Below are positions 37,933-50,100 of a DNA stretch of 64,000 nucleotides, piece by piece. The notes under the pieces were generated by a model. It was given only the letters and a program-made list of their open reading frames with translations, searched no databases and was not told the origin of the DNA. Every line of letters starts with the position of its first letter. Position 1 is the first letter of the stretch. Both the position numbers and the translations under genes were made by a program. The stretch is taken from IMG/VR virus record IMGVR_UViG_3300033752_000023, positions 2,391-66,390 of that record. One strand, written 5' to 3'. The DNA is from a virus (taxonomy: Duplodnaviria > Caudoviricetes).

Positions 37933-38552
37933 TTGATGAAACTTATATAAAGACCTCCGAGATGGTAATTCAAAACGAATTATATGATACTCTATGTAAT
38001 ATGTCCTATCTATTGCAGGATGATGGTGGTAAAGTACTAGACCGGGAAGCTAAGTTTGTCATAAGGAATCTGAAAGTAACCCCTACTGGAACGATACAGG
38101 GTCTAGGAGGAGATTTGGTGTTAAAGCATGATTATCTGTTAGGTCAGGAGGTATTTGAGCCAGTACTGTCTCAGTATGCACTTGAAGTATATGGACATAT
38201 ATCAGCTCTAAAGCCTGACTATGTAGTGAAATCTAGTTATGACCCAGATACAGAAATTAGTATGGTACTTCGATATACAAAAGGATTACCGGATTATGTT
38301 GCATCATACATGTCCTACCTGTATCTAGAACTGTATTCTCTATTTATTGCACTAGTAGGGTATCGGACTGGCAGTGTATTCAAGATGAGCTTATCAGAAA
38401 TTGACACAATAGCAAAAAACTGTAGGTATGTTTCAACAAAAATAGGATTGGTAGGAAATCAAGAGAACACATATAGAACATTAAATGTGCTAAAACATAT
38501 ACAGAGAGCTATTTTATTTGTTAAAACAAGTATTCCATCAATTTTGAGGTGA
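37929..38552 (+). CDS. Hypothetical baseplate-region protein
   Basis: Overlaps both neighbours. Confidence 0.6.
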   Translation: MIDETYIKTSEMVIQNELYDTLCNMSYLLQDDGGKVLDREAKFVIRNLKVTPTGTIQGLGGDLVLKHDYLLGQEVFEPVLSQYALEVYGHISALKPDYVVKSSYDPDTEISMVLRYTKGLPDYVASYMSYLYLELYSLFIALVGYRTGSVFKMSLSEIDTIAKNCRYVSTKIGLVGNQENTYRTLNVLKHIQRAILFVKTSIPSILR

Positions 38553-39166
38553 TGTTCATGCAGTACACCATCAAATACGGTGATACAATAAGGATGATAG
38601 CTCAAAGGGAATTAGGTAATGCTGATCTATGGACAGAGATAATAGCTCTCAATAATCTGTCTTATCCTTATATTTCAGATACCCCTGCTGATGGCGTAGT
38701 CACTCCTGGGGACACTATTTACTTACCTGTTCTAGATACCGAAGATATACCTGCTGAAGAGGTATCATTTGGTACAGATTTAGCACTTTCTACAGACAAG
38801 ATAAACCTATCCTACTACAGAGGAGGGGATTTAACTGTAGCAGTGGATGGGGATTACCAACTAGTATCTGAATTGGACTGCTTAAGACAGGACTTAGCAC
38901 ACCGAAAAATGACTCCATTGGGTACAGTTCCTTATCATCCTTCCTATGGAAGTAACTTAACCACTATTGTGGGTAGTAAAAAGGATGAAAACTGGAGAAT
39001 TAAGGCTAGGTTAGAGGTAGAAAGGACTATAAAATGTGACCCTAGAGTAACCGATGTCCGAGATGTTACTATTGAAGACCTGCCAACAGGTATAAGGATA
39101 GATTACACTGCTGTGGCTAAAGGAATTGTATTTAGAGGGGGAGGTATCGAAGGTGAAGAAGTTTAG
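38549..39166 (+). CDS. LysM-like domain plus gp25-like baseplate wedge protein
   Basis: YTIKYGDTIRMIAQRELG..W.EI..LN.L; TPLGTVPYHPSYGS..DPRV. Confidence 0.8.
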   Translation: MMFMQYTIKYGDTIRMIAQRELGNADLWTEIIALNNLSYPYISDTPADGVVTPGDTIYLPVLDTEDIPAEEVSFGTDLALSTDKINLSYYRGGDLTVAVDGDYQLVSELDCLRQDLAHRKMTPLGTVPYHPSYGSNLTTIVGSKKDENWRIKARLEVERTIKCDPRVTDVRDVTIEDLPTGIRIDYTAVAKGIVFRGGGIEGEEV

Positions 39167-40193
39167 AGAAATACTAGGAGATATGGCTTCATGGCTTGTT
39201 CTAAGTGGAAGTAAAGTAACTAACTTTACAGTTGGTTCGGTTGCACGCAGTATCTTAGAAGCTGTAGCTATGGAAATTGAAGATTTGTATTACTACATTA
39301 GGACTAAATTTGAAGAGTTGCAGGATAATGCTATATACAATAGCTTTGGATATAATAAAAGACCTGCTGTGCCAGCTACAGGATACGTGACAGTTAGGTT
39401 TACTCAGCCTTTAACCCAGAGTGTGTTGTTTAAAGCAGGTACTAGATTCTATACTATTCCTTTAAATGGTAAAACTATATATTTTGAAAGTATAGAAGAT
39501 GTGACCGCAAACATAGGAGCTACAGAGGTTGATCTACTTGTTAGGTGTACAACAGCTGGCACTATTGGCAATGTTCCTGCTTATTCTATTACTAGGATAG
39601 TAAATTCCATGCCTTTCCTTGCAGGAGTATTCAATAAGGAAAAATTCTTTACAGGCTTACCAGAAGAAACTAAAGAAGAAAGGCAAAAAAGATTTAATGA
39701 CTTTATACAGAGTCTGGGTAAGTCAAGTACTCCTGCTATAATATATGGATGTATGCAGGTAGAAGGTATTGCTGGTGTATATGTGAAGGAAGATATTGGG
39801 ATGATTTATGTGTATGCTCATGATGCCTTCGGTAACCTAAATGACCAATTAAAAGCAGATTTGGAAGCCAAGCTGTATGAATACAAAGCCGGAGGAATTA
39901 AAGCTATCATTTCAGGTGTTATTAAGAAACCTATAGACCTGAATATAAAAGTTCTTATAGATAATGGATATGATAAGTCCAGTATACTATATAAGATTGA
40001 AGAAGAAGTTAGAGTTTATTTAAATAAAATGGTTGTATCAAAACCTTTGGTACGTGCTGATTTAATCAGATTCATAATGGAGATAGATAGGGAAGCCATA
40101 GAGAATATTTCTATAAACTTGGATAAAGACATAGTAGTGGAGCCCCAAGAATTGATACGCCCAGGTGTCATAACTGTGACAGAAATGGAGTGA
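39126..40193 (+). CDS. Baseplate J-like wedge protein
   Basis: VTNFTVGSVARSILEAVA, GTIGNVPA..IT, G..EET.EER..RF. Confidence 0.85.
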   Translation: MYLEGEVSKVKKFREILGDMASWLVLSGSKVTNFTVGSVARSILEAVAMEIEDLYYYIRTKFEELQDNAIYNSFGYNKRPAVPATGYVTVRFTQPLTQSVLFKAGTRFYTIPLNGKTIYFESIEDVTANIGATEVDLLVRCTTAGTIGNVPAYSITRIVNSMPFLAGVFNKEKFFTGLPEETKEERQKRFNDFIQSLGKSSTPAIIYGCMQVEGIAGVYVKEDIGMIYVYAHDAFGNLNDQLKADLEAKLYEYKAGGIKAIISGVIKKPIDLNIKVLIDNGYDKSSILYKIEEEVRVYLNKMVVSKPLVRADLIRFIMEIDREAIENISINLDKDIVVEPQELIRPGVITVTEME

Positions 40194-40199
40194 TAATAA

Positions 40200-40724
40200 G
40201 TGGGCATCCTCAAAAGGTTATCTTCTATATTTACTAAAAAGGAAAATTCTGAGATAGGTTATCTAACTAGCTCTATAGATAACTCTATTTCTGAGGTATT
40301 AGATACAGTAACCGATATAGAATTATATCAATCAGTTATACCTTCTGCTACAGGTGAATGGCTTGATTTATGGGGGAATAGGTTTGGTGTACCTAGGGAA
40401 CCAGGGGAGTTAGATGAATCTTATAGAAATAGGATACTGTCTGAGGTTACAAACCAAAAAGGAACAATACCTGCATTAATAAGTGCAGTTAAAAGGGCAT
40501 TAGGTGAGGACACTAAGGTTCGGGTAGAGGAAACCTACCAAGATCTTAGAATATTTAATGTATCCACATTTAGTGGTACCGGAAAGTTCCAAGATTCTGA
40601 TACTGTAAGACTAGGTGTTGTTAAGATTTTTATTAATAAGCCAGAGAATGAGAAGCTAAGGGAGGAAGTATGGAAGACTAAGGCTTCAGGTATAAGAGTT
40701 ATAATTGTTGAGGAATTAGACTAA
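40200..40724 (+). CDS. Baseplate wedge protein
   Basis: ATGEWLDLWG..FGVPR..GE.DE.YR.RI; follows the J-like gene. Confidence 0.75.
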   Translation: MGILKRLSSIFTKKENSEIGYLTSSIDNSISEVLDTVTDIELYQSVIPSATGEWLDLWGNRFGVPREPGELDESYRNRILSEVTNQKGTIPALISAVKRALGEDTKVRVEETYQDLRIFNVSTFSGTGKFQDSDTVRLGVVKIFINKPENEKLREEVWKTKASGIRVIIVEELD

Positions 40725-40740
40725 GTAAGGGGGTTCAAAT

Positions 40741-43700
40741 ATGACAACGGTAGATAGAAGCAAAGCTCCATACTATGATGATTATGACCCAAGCAAAAAC
40801 TATAGCCAGATACTGGCTGTACCAGGTAGGGTAGAGCAAGCTAGGGAATTTACACAGATGCAGACCATGATTTATGATTATCTGCAAAGGCTGTCTGATA
40901 CCATCTTTAAAAATGGTGCCATTATTTCTGGTATGGGGTTCGTAATGAAAGAATCCACTCTTTTAGTAGAGAGTGGGAAAGTATATTTGAATGGCAAAAT
41001 ACACAACTTCGTAGAGCAAGAAATACCTATAACCAAGTCCGGACAGGAAATTATAGGTGTAAAATTAATAGAGTCTATAGTAACAGAGAACGAAGACCCT
41101 TCTCTATTGGACCCTACCACAACTACAGGAAACTATGGACAACCTGGGGCACATAGGGTTAAGAACAAAGTAGTATTGACAGTCAATGATCCTAATGCCT
41201 CTACCATTTATGAATTCTATGACGGTCAGCTGCAAGCAGAGGTACCAAGACCACAATTTGATGGATTAGCTGACCTGTTAGCTAAGAGGACATACGATGA
41301 ATCTGGTAACTACCGGGTACGTGGATTGGAAATTATAGCTGAACCTTATGATGCTAACAACGTACAAATTACGGTAGAAGCTGGTACGGCATATGTTATG
41401 GGTTACCAAGTCATCAAGCCCACCCCAGTTAAGCACATTATACCAATGTCAAAAGACTACAGGACAGTTGTAGGGGAACCTAAGCTATACAAAACTGGTA
41501 CTAATATGTACCTGTTAAATAACCACCCTGCAAAATCCATCAGCCAAGTTACAGCATATGTTCAAGTTAGTGAAACATTAACCAGAGGTAGCACCCCTGG
41601 AGGTATTGATTATTTATCTAACACTCCAGTAGTTGATGTGCTAATTGTACAAGCTGGGGGCACAACTTATACAGAGGGCGTAGATTTCCAATTAACCAAT
41701 GATGGTATCGACTGGAGTTTAGGAGGTAGTGAACCTACAGCAGGTTCTTCATATATAGTAACATACCTGTTTAACAAGACAATGGTACAGGGTCAAGACT
41801 ATGAGCATTATCAAGAAGTAGGAGAATTTGGTGAAACTAAAGACTATGTTAAATTCTTAGCTGGAGATAAGCCTGCCAATAGTACCACTTTCTACGTAAC
41901 CTATGACTTCTATCTAGCTAGAATGGATTTAGTCAGCATAGACAAAGATGGGAACATAGTGGTGCAACGAGGTCAGAGTGATATACCTAGAAACGTAAAA
42001 GCTCCAATCAATGCTAACCCAGATGTATTACCTTTAGGGGCAGTGTATTTACCTCCTAATAGTGGTAATGCTAAAGCAACATCTAACACTGTCACTAGGC
42101 TCGATATGGCTCAATTGCAAAGATTGGCTAAAAGGGTGGAGGACTTAGAATTTAACCAAGCTATCACCGCCTTGGATAGGGAAGCTATTGACAGTGAAGT
42201 AGCTACTGACTTAAGAGGTATATTCTCCGACAGCTTTAGGTCTACTGCACGTGCAGATATGTCACATCCTAACTTTAACATTATGTACGATTTAGAATTA
42301 GGTAACATAATGTTACCATTAGCCAACATCAAAGTAAGAGATATGCAAGTTGCTAACCCTTCTAGTGTTAAACAGTTTTCTCGTATAGCTACAGCCCCTA
42401 TGATAGAAAGGGTTGTTATAACACAACCTTATGCAACTACCACTATGAAGGTTAACCCATACCTAGCATTTAATACTATGGCTGTCCTAAAATTGAATCC
42501 GCAAGTTGATAACTGGATAGAGGACAGTTACATCAAAATAGAGGAAACCAAATTCCAGGCTAGGAACTTCTGGAGATGGTGGGGACACCCTGAACGTAAA
42601 GCATGGGTAGAGGACCTATTTGGTCTAGAAATAGTAGAAGGTGCACCAGTAGGTACCAAAGTTGAGGACTGGCGACCTGCATGGCAAGGACCTAATATAT
42701 TCCCTACTGCTACGGCTATTAAGACCGAGAAATCTCGTTCTATATTGCAGGAAGCTATAACTCACATGAGACAAATTGAGATTACCTTACATGCTACCAA
42801 CCTAGAGCCAAGTACAGACAACCTTGAATGCTTTTTTGATGGTGTAAGAGTAAACTTAACTCCTCTGCCTGGATACAGCGCAGGTAGTAAATCAGGCTCA
42901 GTGAGAGCTAACTCATCGGGAGAAGTTAAGGCTAAATTCACTATACCACCTAATATTAGGACAGGTACTCGTGAAGTTAAGCTAATGAACGCAACTAACG
43001 TAGCTTCCACTTCATTTACATCAATTGGTACTAAACGTACTACAATTGATAAGATTATCACGACACGTATCACCCTAACAACCATAGATCCATTAGCCCA
43101 GACATTCCAATTCGAGAAAGACACCATGTTAACCTCGGTTGGTGCCTATTTCTCAGCTAAGGATAATACCCATAATGTTCTAGTGCAAATCAGAAATGTA
43201 GTCAATGGCTATCCGGGGAATGTTGTGTATGCAGAAAAGGTATTAACACCTAGCCAAATCAATGTCAGTGAGGATGCCACTGTAGAAACTAAAATTACTT
43301 TTGATGACCCTGTGTTATGCTCTGCTAAAGAGCAATACAGCATGGTATTCCTAACTGACAGTGCCACAACTGCTATGTACGTATGTGACTTGGGTCAAAA
43401 TGACATCACTACAGGCGTTAAAGTCACACGTCAGCCATACCTTGCAGGTATGCTATTTAGCTCATCTAATGGATTGGCTTGGACAGCACACCAATCTATG
43501 AGATTGAAATTCAAAGTGTATGCTGCTCAATTTAATGCCAGTACAACTATTGATTTTGTAGAGCAAACAGGTATGGATGCTGACAGGCTACTCCTACTGG
43601 CTGATGTTATTGAACCTACTGAAACTTCTTGTCAATGGCAGGTAAGTTTAGATGGTGGGGAATATCAGCCTATTACTGAGTACAGTGATCTAGACTTACT

Positions 43701-44118
43701 CAAAGTAGCTAGCAAAGTGAAGCTACGTGCTATCATCACCACCAATGGTGATATGTCACCTATCATAGCTATGGACAGTATAAAATTGACAGGATTTACG
43801 ACTGGGTTATCCGGGTCCTATATAGGACGTAATGTGGAGCTGACATATCCATACACCACTGTTAAGCAGTCATTTGAAGCCCACATACCAAGTGGATGCT
43901 CAGTGACCCCACAGTTCAGCTATGATAGTGGTAATACTTGGATTACGCCTACCCAAGTATCTGCACAACCTATATCAAGTGAATATACTAGATATGTATG
44001 TGAAGCTACCATACCTGAAAGTGCTAATGCTATGAACTTTAGGGCTAGACTAAACATAACAGCTAATAGCCCAATTCTTAGACCTAGAGCTAGAAAATTC
44101 GTCAATGTTATGAAATAA
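40741..44118 (+). CDS. Large baseplate / fibre-attachment protein (DUF4815-like)
   Basis: PYYDDYDP.KNY..IL..PGR.EQAREFTQ.Q, GQPGAHR, LAKRTYDESGNY.V, DPLAQTF. Confidence 0.75.
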   Translation: MTTVDRSKAPYYDDYDPSKNYSQILAVPGRVEQAREFTQMQTMIYDYLQRLSDTIFKNGAIISGMGFVMKESTLLVESGKVYLNGKIHNFVEQEIPITKSGQEIIGVKLIESIVTENEDPSLLDPTTTTGNYGQPGAHRVKNKVVLTVNDPNASTIYEFYDGQLQAEVPRPQFDGLADLLAKRTYDESGNYRVRGLEIIAEPYDANNVQITVEAGTAYVMGYQVIKPTPVKHIIPMSKDYRTVVGEPKLYKTGTNMYLLNNHPAKSISQVTAYVQVSETLTRGSTPGGIDYLSNTPVVDVLIVQAGGTTYTEGVDFQLTNDGIDWSLGGSEPTAGSSYIVTYLFNKTMVQGQDYEHYQEVGEFGETKDYVKFLAGDKPANSTTFYVTYDFYLARMDLVSIDKDGNIVVQRGQSDIPRNVKAPINANPDVLPLGAVYLPPNSGNAKATSNTVTRLDMAQLQRLAKRVEDLEFNQAITALDREAIDSEVATDLRGIFSDSFRSTARADMSHPNFNIMYDLELGNIMLPLANIKVRDMQVANPSSVKQFSRIATAPMIERVVITQPYATTTMKVNPYLAFNTMAVLKLNPQVDNWIEDSYIKIEETKFQARNFWRWWGHPERKAWVEDLFGLEIVEGAPVGTKVEDWRPAWQGPNIFPTATAIKTEKSRSILQEAITHMRQIEITLHATNLEPSTDNLECFFDGVRVNLTPLPGYSAGSKSGSVRANSSGEVKAKFTIPPNIRTGTREVKLMNATNVASTSFTSIGTKRTTIDKIITTRITLTTIDPLAQTFQFEKDTMLTSVGAYFSAKDNTHNVLVQIRNVVNGYPGNVVYAEKVLTPSQINVSEDATVETKITFDDPVLCSAKEQYSMVFLTDSATTAMYVCDLGQNDITTGVKVTRQPYLAGMLFSSSNGLAWTAHQSMRLKFKVYAAQFNASTTIDFVEQTGMDADRLLLLADVIEPTETSCQWQVSLDGGEYQPITEYSDLDLLKVASKVKLRAIITTNGDMSPIIAMDSIKLTGFTTGLSGSYIGRNVELTYPYTTVKQSFEAHIPSGCSVTPQFSYDSGNTWITPTQVSAQPISSEYTRYVCEATIPESANAMNFRARLNITANSPILRPRARKFVNVMK

Positions 44119-44124
44119 CATAAG

Positions 44125-44175
44125 AGAGGGGTAATTGCAATTATTTAATTTGCAAAAGCCCCTCTTTAATTTTTC
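44125..44175 (+). terminator. Probable intrinsic terminator
   Basis: AGAGGGG/CCCCTCT with inner TTGCAA/TTGCAA pairing, then a T-rich tail. Confidence 0.6.
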
Positions 44176-44195
44176 CAGATAAGGAGGTAATCAGT

Positions 44196-44366
44196 ATGCC
44201 ACATATGCATATTCATAAATCTAGTGGAGGTATAGTATTCACTCCTACTAAAGAAGAACGTGAAATCATAGAAATGAAGCGAGCACTAAAGCAAGAATTG
44301 GAAAATGTACGGAAATTAAAAGAAGAGCTTCTTCAAGTGAAGAAGTTTATAGGGGATGATAAGTAA
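44196..44366 (+). CDS. 56-aa coiled-coil protein not in the ORF track (MPHMHIHKSSGG...IGDDK)
   Basis: AAGGAGG RBS; its TAA overlaps the ATG of the next gene. Confidence 0.75.
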   Translation: MPHMHIHKSSGGIVFTPTKEEREIIEMKRALKQELENVRKLKEELLQVKKFIGDDK

Positions 44367-47110
44367 TGCCGACAGCTAAAGTTAAAGTCGATGGTAAATG
44401 GTATGAGGTAGGTGGACTGTCTAATGCTGAGAGACAGTCCATTTTAGGAGAAGCTAGCCAATATGCCAACCAACTATTCCAAGGGATGCAGGATGAAATA
44501 AACAGTCTCAATCAGGCTGTTCAAGATACAAATAACTATATTGATGGGGCATTTAAGGATGGTATTATAACTGAAGTAGAAGCCAGAGCTATTCAAACTC
44601 ACCTAAAGACCTTAGAAAGTAGAAAGGCTGAGTTGGACAGAGAATATAATGATATTCTAGGAAATGTATACCTCAGTGAAGATAGCAGAGCAAGTTTAAC
44701 GTCAGCTAAAGCTTTTTATGATTCTAAGTATAATGCACTAGTTGATGAGATCCTCAATGCTATAGTAGATGGGGAGGCTAGTCAGGGGGAAACCACCTTA
44801 GTAAACCAAAGGTTTGTAGAGTACAATAATGCTATTAGCCTTCTAGTGTCTGCCCTAAGAAGTGCTACAGAACAAATTGGTGAAGCGAAAGCTGAAGAAA
44901 CATTATCTAATGCTATAGACTATACAGATGGCAAAATAGCTCCAATTGAATCAAGATTGCTTCACGCAGAATCACAAATAACTCAAAACGCACAAGAAAT
45001 ACAACTGCGTGTAACGCAACAACACCTAGAAACTGTCATGGGCAACGTCAAACAAGAAGCTGTGGAAGAAGCTAATGCTTATGCTGATGGATTGTTACAT
45101 CAATCTACAGAAGCCATACAAAATTTACAATCACAAATTGAGGATACTAATACTTATATTGATAATTCTTTCAGAGATGGAATAATAACAGCTCTTGAAG
45201 CTAGTGGTGTTGCTAATTACCTAAATACTTTAGGAGCTATGAAAAACTCTTTTGATGCTTCATATAATGCTATATATAATAGTCCTTACCTAAAAGGTAC
45301 GTACAAAACTAATTTAGACAATGCTAAATCTAATTTAGATACTGCCCATAGTAATTTAGTTAATGCTATAAATCAAGCCATATCAGACAACATAGCTACA
45401 GTTGAAGAAAAGAATGATGTAGATACCAAATTTCAACTATACAACGATGCTATAACTATATACAGGATGCGTGTAGAACAAGCTACTGACTCAATAGCCA
45501 AAGAGAAAGCATTAGAAGCAGAATCTAATGCTAATGATTACACTGATGGTCAACTCATACCTATTGAACAAAGACTAGTTACTGCGGAATCTACTATTAC
45601 TCAGTTAGCAGATGAAATAGAACTAAAAGTGACAAAAGAAGTTCATGATGCAGATTTAGTTAAAACTCTTAATCAGGCTAAAACATATGCCGATGATTTA
45701 AAATCTATTACAGACCAGTCACTTCAGAATCTACAAAATCAAATAAATAGTACTGAATCATATATTGATGGTGCATTCAGAGATGGTATCATATATGAAG
45801 CAGAGTATAAGAAGATTCAATCTTACTTGAATACTCTGAGTGAGAGTAAAACACAATTTGATAACAGATACAAGGAAATCTATAACAACACTTGGCTTGT
45901 AGGTACACCTAAGACTGACTTATCTACTGCTAAAACAAACTATGATGAAAAATATAACCATTTAATTGATACCATCAATAATGCTATTGCTGACCAATTA
46001 GCAGATGTTACAGAGTCCCAGGCTGTAGATGCCGCCTTTACTGACTATAATAACGCCTTAGCTTTACTTGCTTCAACATTAGAGAGAGCTATTGATGCCA
46101 TAGCTCAGGCTAAAGCAGATAGGGCAAAACAAGATGCACAAGCCTATGCAGATAACATTAGGTCCATTATAAATGGTCAAATACAGGCTCTACAAAATGA
46201 CATCAATGCTACCAGTGATTATATTGACAACTCATTTAAGGACGGTGTAATTTCTGAAGCTGAAGCTAAACGTATATCAACATATATTAACATATTGAAT
46301 GAATCTAAAAATGTATTTGACCAGAGATACCAGGAAATTTATAACAATAGTCTATTAGGACCTACGTATAAACTAGAACTAAATAATAAGAAACAAGCTT
46401 ATAATTCTGCTTACAATAACCTAATTAACTCCATAAATACGGCTATAGCAGATGGAACAGCTTCTCCTAATGAAGCTACAGATGTTGATATTAAGTTCTC
46501 AGCATACAATACAGCGGCTAAGGACTTAACTTCTGCTATAGAAAGAGCTATAGACAACATAGCTCAAAACAAAGCAAACCAAGCACAACAAAATGCACAG
46601 CAATATACAGATGATGCAATTACTCCTATTGATTCTAGGTTAAGTGTCGCTGAATCTGCTATTACTCAACATGCAGATGAAATATCTTTAAGAGTAACTA
46701 AAACAGAATTTAATACTGTTATACAAAATACTAATGATACTATACAACAGAATACTGCTCAGCTAGCTTCAGATATTAGCCAAGCACAGGCTAAAGCAGA
46801 CGAAGCCTATAACTATGCAGCTGAGCTAGAAAATGATATTGTGTATAAAGTGGAGATAATCAGTAGTAATGGGGTAATCTTTAAAAATGGTCAAATCAAT
46901 ACAGTTTTAAATGCAAAAGTGTACAGGGGAACGCAAGATATAACTAATACTATACCTGCTACTAGGTTTAAGTGGACAAGAATATCAAATGATCCAGTAG
47001 CAGACGAAGCGTGGAACGCAGCCCATTCTACGGGTACTAAGAGCATAACAATTACAAGTAATGATGTCATATCAAAATCTACATTTCAAGTGAATATTTT
47101 AGATTCATAG
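44366..47110 (+). CDS. Tail fibre / minor tail protein with four helical repeats
   Basis: YID[GN][AS]F[KR]DG.I..E repeats at 44525, 45143, 45749 and 46208; ESxITQxAxEIxLxVT linkers. Confidence 0.7.
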   Translation: MPTAKVKVDGKWYEVGGLSNAERQSILGEASQYANQLFQGMQDEINSLNQAVQDTNNYIDGAFKDGIITEVEARAIQTHLKTLESRKAELDREYNDILGNVYLSEDSRASLTSAKAFYDSKYNALVDEILNAIVDGEASQGETTLVNQRFVEYNNAISLLVSALRSATEQIGEAKAEETLSNAIDYTDGKIAPIESRLLHAESQITQNAQEIQLRVTQQHLETVMGNVKQEAVEEANAYADGLLHQSTEAIQNLQSQIEDTNTYIDNSFRDGIITALEASGVANYLNTLGAMKNSFDASYNAIYNSPYLKGTYKTNLDNAKSNLDTAHSNLVNAINQAISDNIATVEEKNDVDTKFQLYNDAITIYRMRVEQATDSIAKEKALEAESNANDYTDGQLIPIEQRLVTAESTITQLADEIELKVTKEVHDADLVKTLNQAKTYADDLKSITDQSLQNLQNQINSTESYIDGAFRDGIIYEAEYKKIQSYLNTLSESKTQFDNRYKEIYNNTWLVGTPKTDLSTAKTNYDEKYNHLIDTINNAIADQLADVTESQAVDAAFTDYNNALALLASTLERAIDAIAQAKADRAKQDAQAYADNIRSIINGQIQALQNDINATSDYIDNSFKDGVISEAEAKRISTYINILNESKNVFDQRYQEIYNNSLLGPTYKLELNNKKQAYNSAYNNLINSINTAIADGTASPNEATDVDIKFSAYNTAAKDLTSAIERAIDNIAQNKANQAQQNAQQYTDDAITPIDSRLSVAESAITQHADEISLRVTKTEFNTVIQNTNDTIQQNTAQLASDISQAQAKADEAYNYAAELENDIVYKVEIISSNGVIFKNGQINTVLNAKVYRGTQDITNTIPATRFKWTRISNDPVADEAWNAAHSTGTKSITITSNDVISKSTFQVNILDS

Positions 47111-47138
47111 TATTTTATTATATCAGGAGGAATTATAT

Positions 47139-50100
47139 ATGGCTATTATTGCTTCTGGTCAAATAACTATTTTGGACTTAAATGATGCCATCGTGTCCGG
47201 TACCGCCCCAGCTAACCCAGTGGTAGGAACATTATGGATTGACACTTCTGTCAACCCTAATGTCCTCAAAAGATGGAATGGTACACAATGGACCCCACAA
47301 ACCTTAGATTTAGGTAACCTGGACCCACAGGCTCAACAAGATATTGATAATAATAAGATTACTTTAGCTAATATGGCAGATGACACTATTTTAACACGAC
47401 AAGAACGGTCCTATGTAAAAGATTTAGTTACAAAGATTATAGGAACAATTATAACTGATAATGGTACTATGCCTACACTAGCAACCTTAGATTCATCTGG
47501 TGTTGGTGATGTAGCTACAGCTAGAAAATCAGCTGTTAATGCTGGTATAGATATCTCTCATGTAGATTATACTGACTTAGGAACTAAGTATACAAACTTA
47601 GCTAACTATCTCAATGGCTTAAATCCAAAGCCTTGGGATACTACATCATCTACTAATGTAACTATAAACCCTACTACTTGGAGGAACACATGGTTACAAT
47701 TCTATACTGCACTAGGTAAACTTAATCAAACTGTATCTGATAAATTAAGACAGAATGCAGAAGGTAACCTTGTTGACAACCCTTCTATTACGGGAGCTGT
47801 AGGAAGATGGAATAAAGGCACCTCTCCTACTATAGAGAACATTGACTTCCAAGGTAAAACTATACCTACAATGAAAGTAACTACTACTGGAGACGTTATG
47901 GTAATACATGATGACATCTTGGTAGATCCATCCAAAGCATACCAGGTATCCTTATGGTTTAGATCCAGTACTATATCTACAGGTACTGTATATCTTGGAG
48001 TATATGCTTATGACTCAGCTGGAAACAACATAGGTATAGATGTTGTAAATGACTCTACTGGTGCTGTTACAGCAGCTAATACCAACCCATACGCTTGGTC
48101 CGGTAACAACTCATCAGCAAACACATGGGTACAAAGGGTATTCTACATCATGCCTGCTGGTACCAATAATAATGATATGAAGCAATTAGGTACAAATGTA
48201 ACCAGTAACATGAGATTTTTATCTAACACTAGGAAGTTACGTATCCGTTGGTTAAACTACTACAACTCAGGTACAACTAAAACTGTTTGGGTTGCCCACC
48301 CTAGAGTAACTGAAGTGGACCCTAACGCAGTATTAACTTCTGCTAAGGCAAAAATAGATGCAAATACTGCTAACTCCTTGCTTGCTGATATTTCTAACGA
48401 TAATAAACTCACTCCTGTAGAGAAGCAAGATGTTAAAAAAGAATGGGACATTATAGTAGGAGAAAAGCCTATAATAGAAGCCCAAGCTAATACGTACGGC
48501 ATTACTACCGAGAAAACTAACTATGTCAATGCGTATAATGCTCTAAATACGTACATCACTCCTCTATTGTCTAACTTAAACTCCACCAGTGATATTGTAG
48601 GCACTACATTTAGGGCTAATTTCAAAGCCTATTATGATGCCAAGACAGCCTTGTTAAAGAAGATTAGTGATACACCTAAAACCATTATAGACAACATAAA
48701 AATAGGCGGGCGGAACTGGTTAAGAGGAACAGGTACTGAAAAATCTATAATTGGTGAAAATAGAAGCAATCAAACATTTACACCATATTACTTTGTCAAC
48801 AATAGTTCAGCACCTATTATGGATAAAACTATTACAGTATCTTTTGATTGGCGTGTAGAAGGAGTGGATTCACCTTCAGGTACTTTTTATGTACAGGGCA
48901 GTAATCCTTATCCTTTAATAGCAAATAAAATCACACTATCATCTACAAATAAAAGCGGTAGAGTTGTTGAAACTAGAACAATAACAGGAAGTCCTTTCAG
49001 TGGTGTTAACTTTAGACTAGATTACGTTACAGCAGGTGCTAAACTTGTTATCTCTAATATGAAAATTGAGATAGGCAACCGTTCCACCGACTGGACACCT
49101 GCACCAGAGGACGTGCAGGAGCAAATCGACGGTCTCGGAACACGCGTGAACAGTGCTGAAACAAGTATTACCCAACTAGCAAATCAAATACAGCTTAAAG
49201 CGAATCAAACGACTGTTGATGCGTTGGGCAATCGTATTAGCAGCGCTGAATCGTCTATCACTCTTTTATCAGATGAAATCGACCTGAAAGTGGACAAAAA
49301 CGGTGTTGTTTCAGCAATTAACCAAACAGCCGAACAAATAAAAATACAAGCTAGTAAAATCGCTTTAGACGGTTACGTAGAAGCAAAGCATATCAAATCC
49401 CTAAATGGTCTAAATGTAAACGATCAGTTTATTGTTGATTCCAAGGGAAATGTTAAATTTTTAGGTGAATTAGAAGGTGCGACAGGAACGTTTCAAGGTG
49501 ATATAACAGCAAATAGATTATTTATAAACCCTTTTCATACAGGAGAAGGGCTTTATAATATTTTTACGATAGACTGGATAATAGGCACAAATAACGAAAA
49601 AATAGAAGCATTTATTGGTGATACAGGTTATCCAGAGTTAACATGGAGAGCTTTAGATGGAAATAATAATGAAATAGAATTCGCTATGGGAATAAGAGGA
49701 TTATTATCTACAAATAAAATAAGCTCTCCTTATTACTATGGTGATACTTCACATACAAACCCAATTTTACAAGATCACTTAAATGGAAATGTGTCGTTGT
49801 CGGCGCTTGGTGCAGATTTATATTTGGGCTATATCAATACAAGATATGTCAGAGTTACGCCTAATATATTAATGTTTGCGAACGGTCCGTATATCGATAC
49901 TTATGGCGGAACGTTACGCTTAAAACAAAATGATACGAACTACATTCATCAGAACGGATATGGAGATGTGATGATTTATGCAAACGGCAGTATCAGACAT
50001 AGGTTTAATGGGAACGGAACAAAATCCGGTGGTTCGATTGAGATTGATGGAAAAGTGTTAGGGATGACACCTATAGATTCACCGCAAATTTTACTTGAAT

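Noticed and set aside
5546-47120. Recurring ATTTTATTA before several genes (about 5546, 9189, 14372, 21707, 47110) as a late promoter
   Set aside because: Very AT-rich, sometimes part of a terminator tail, and I found no consistent upstream element. It needs motif statistics and TSS data.
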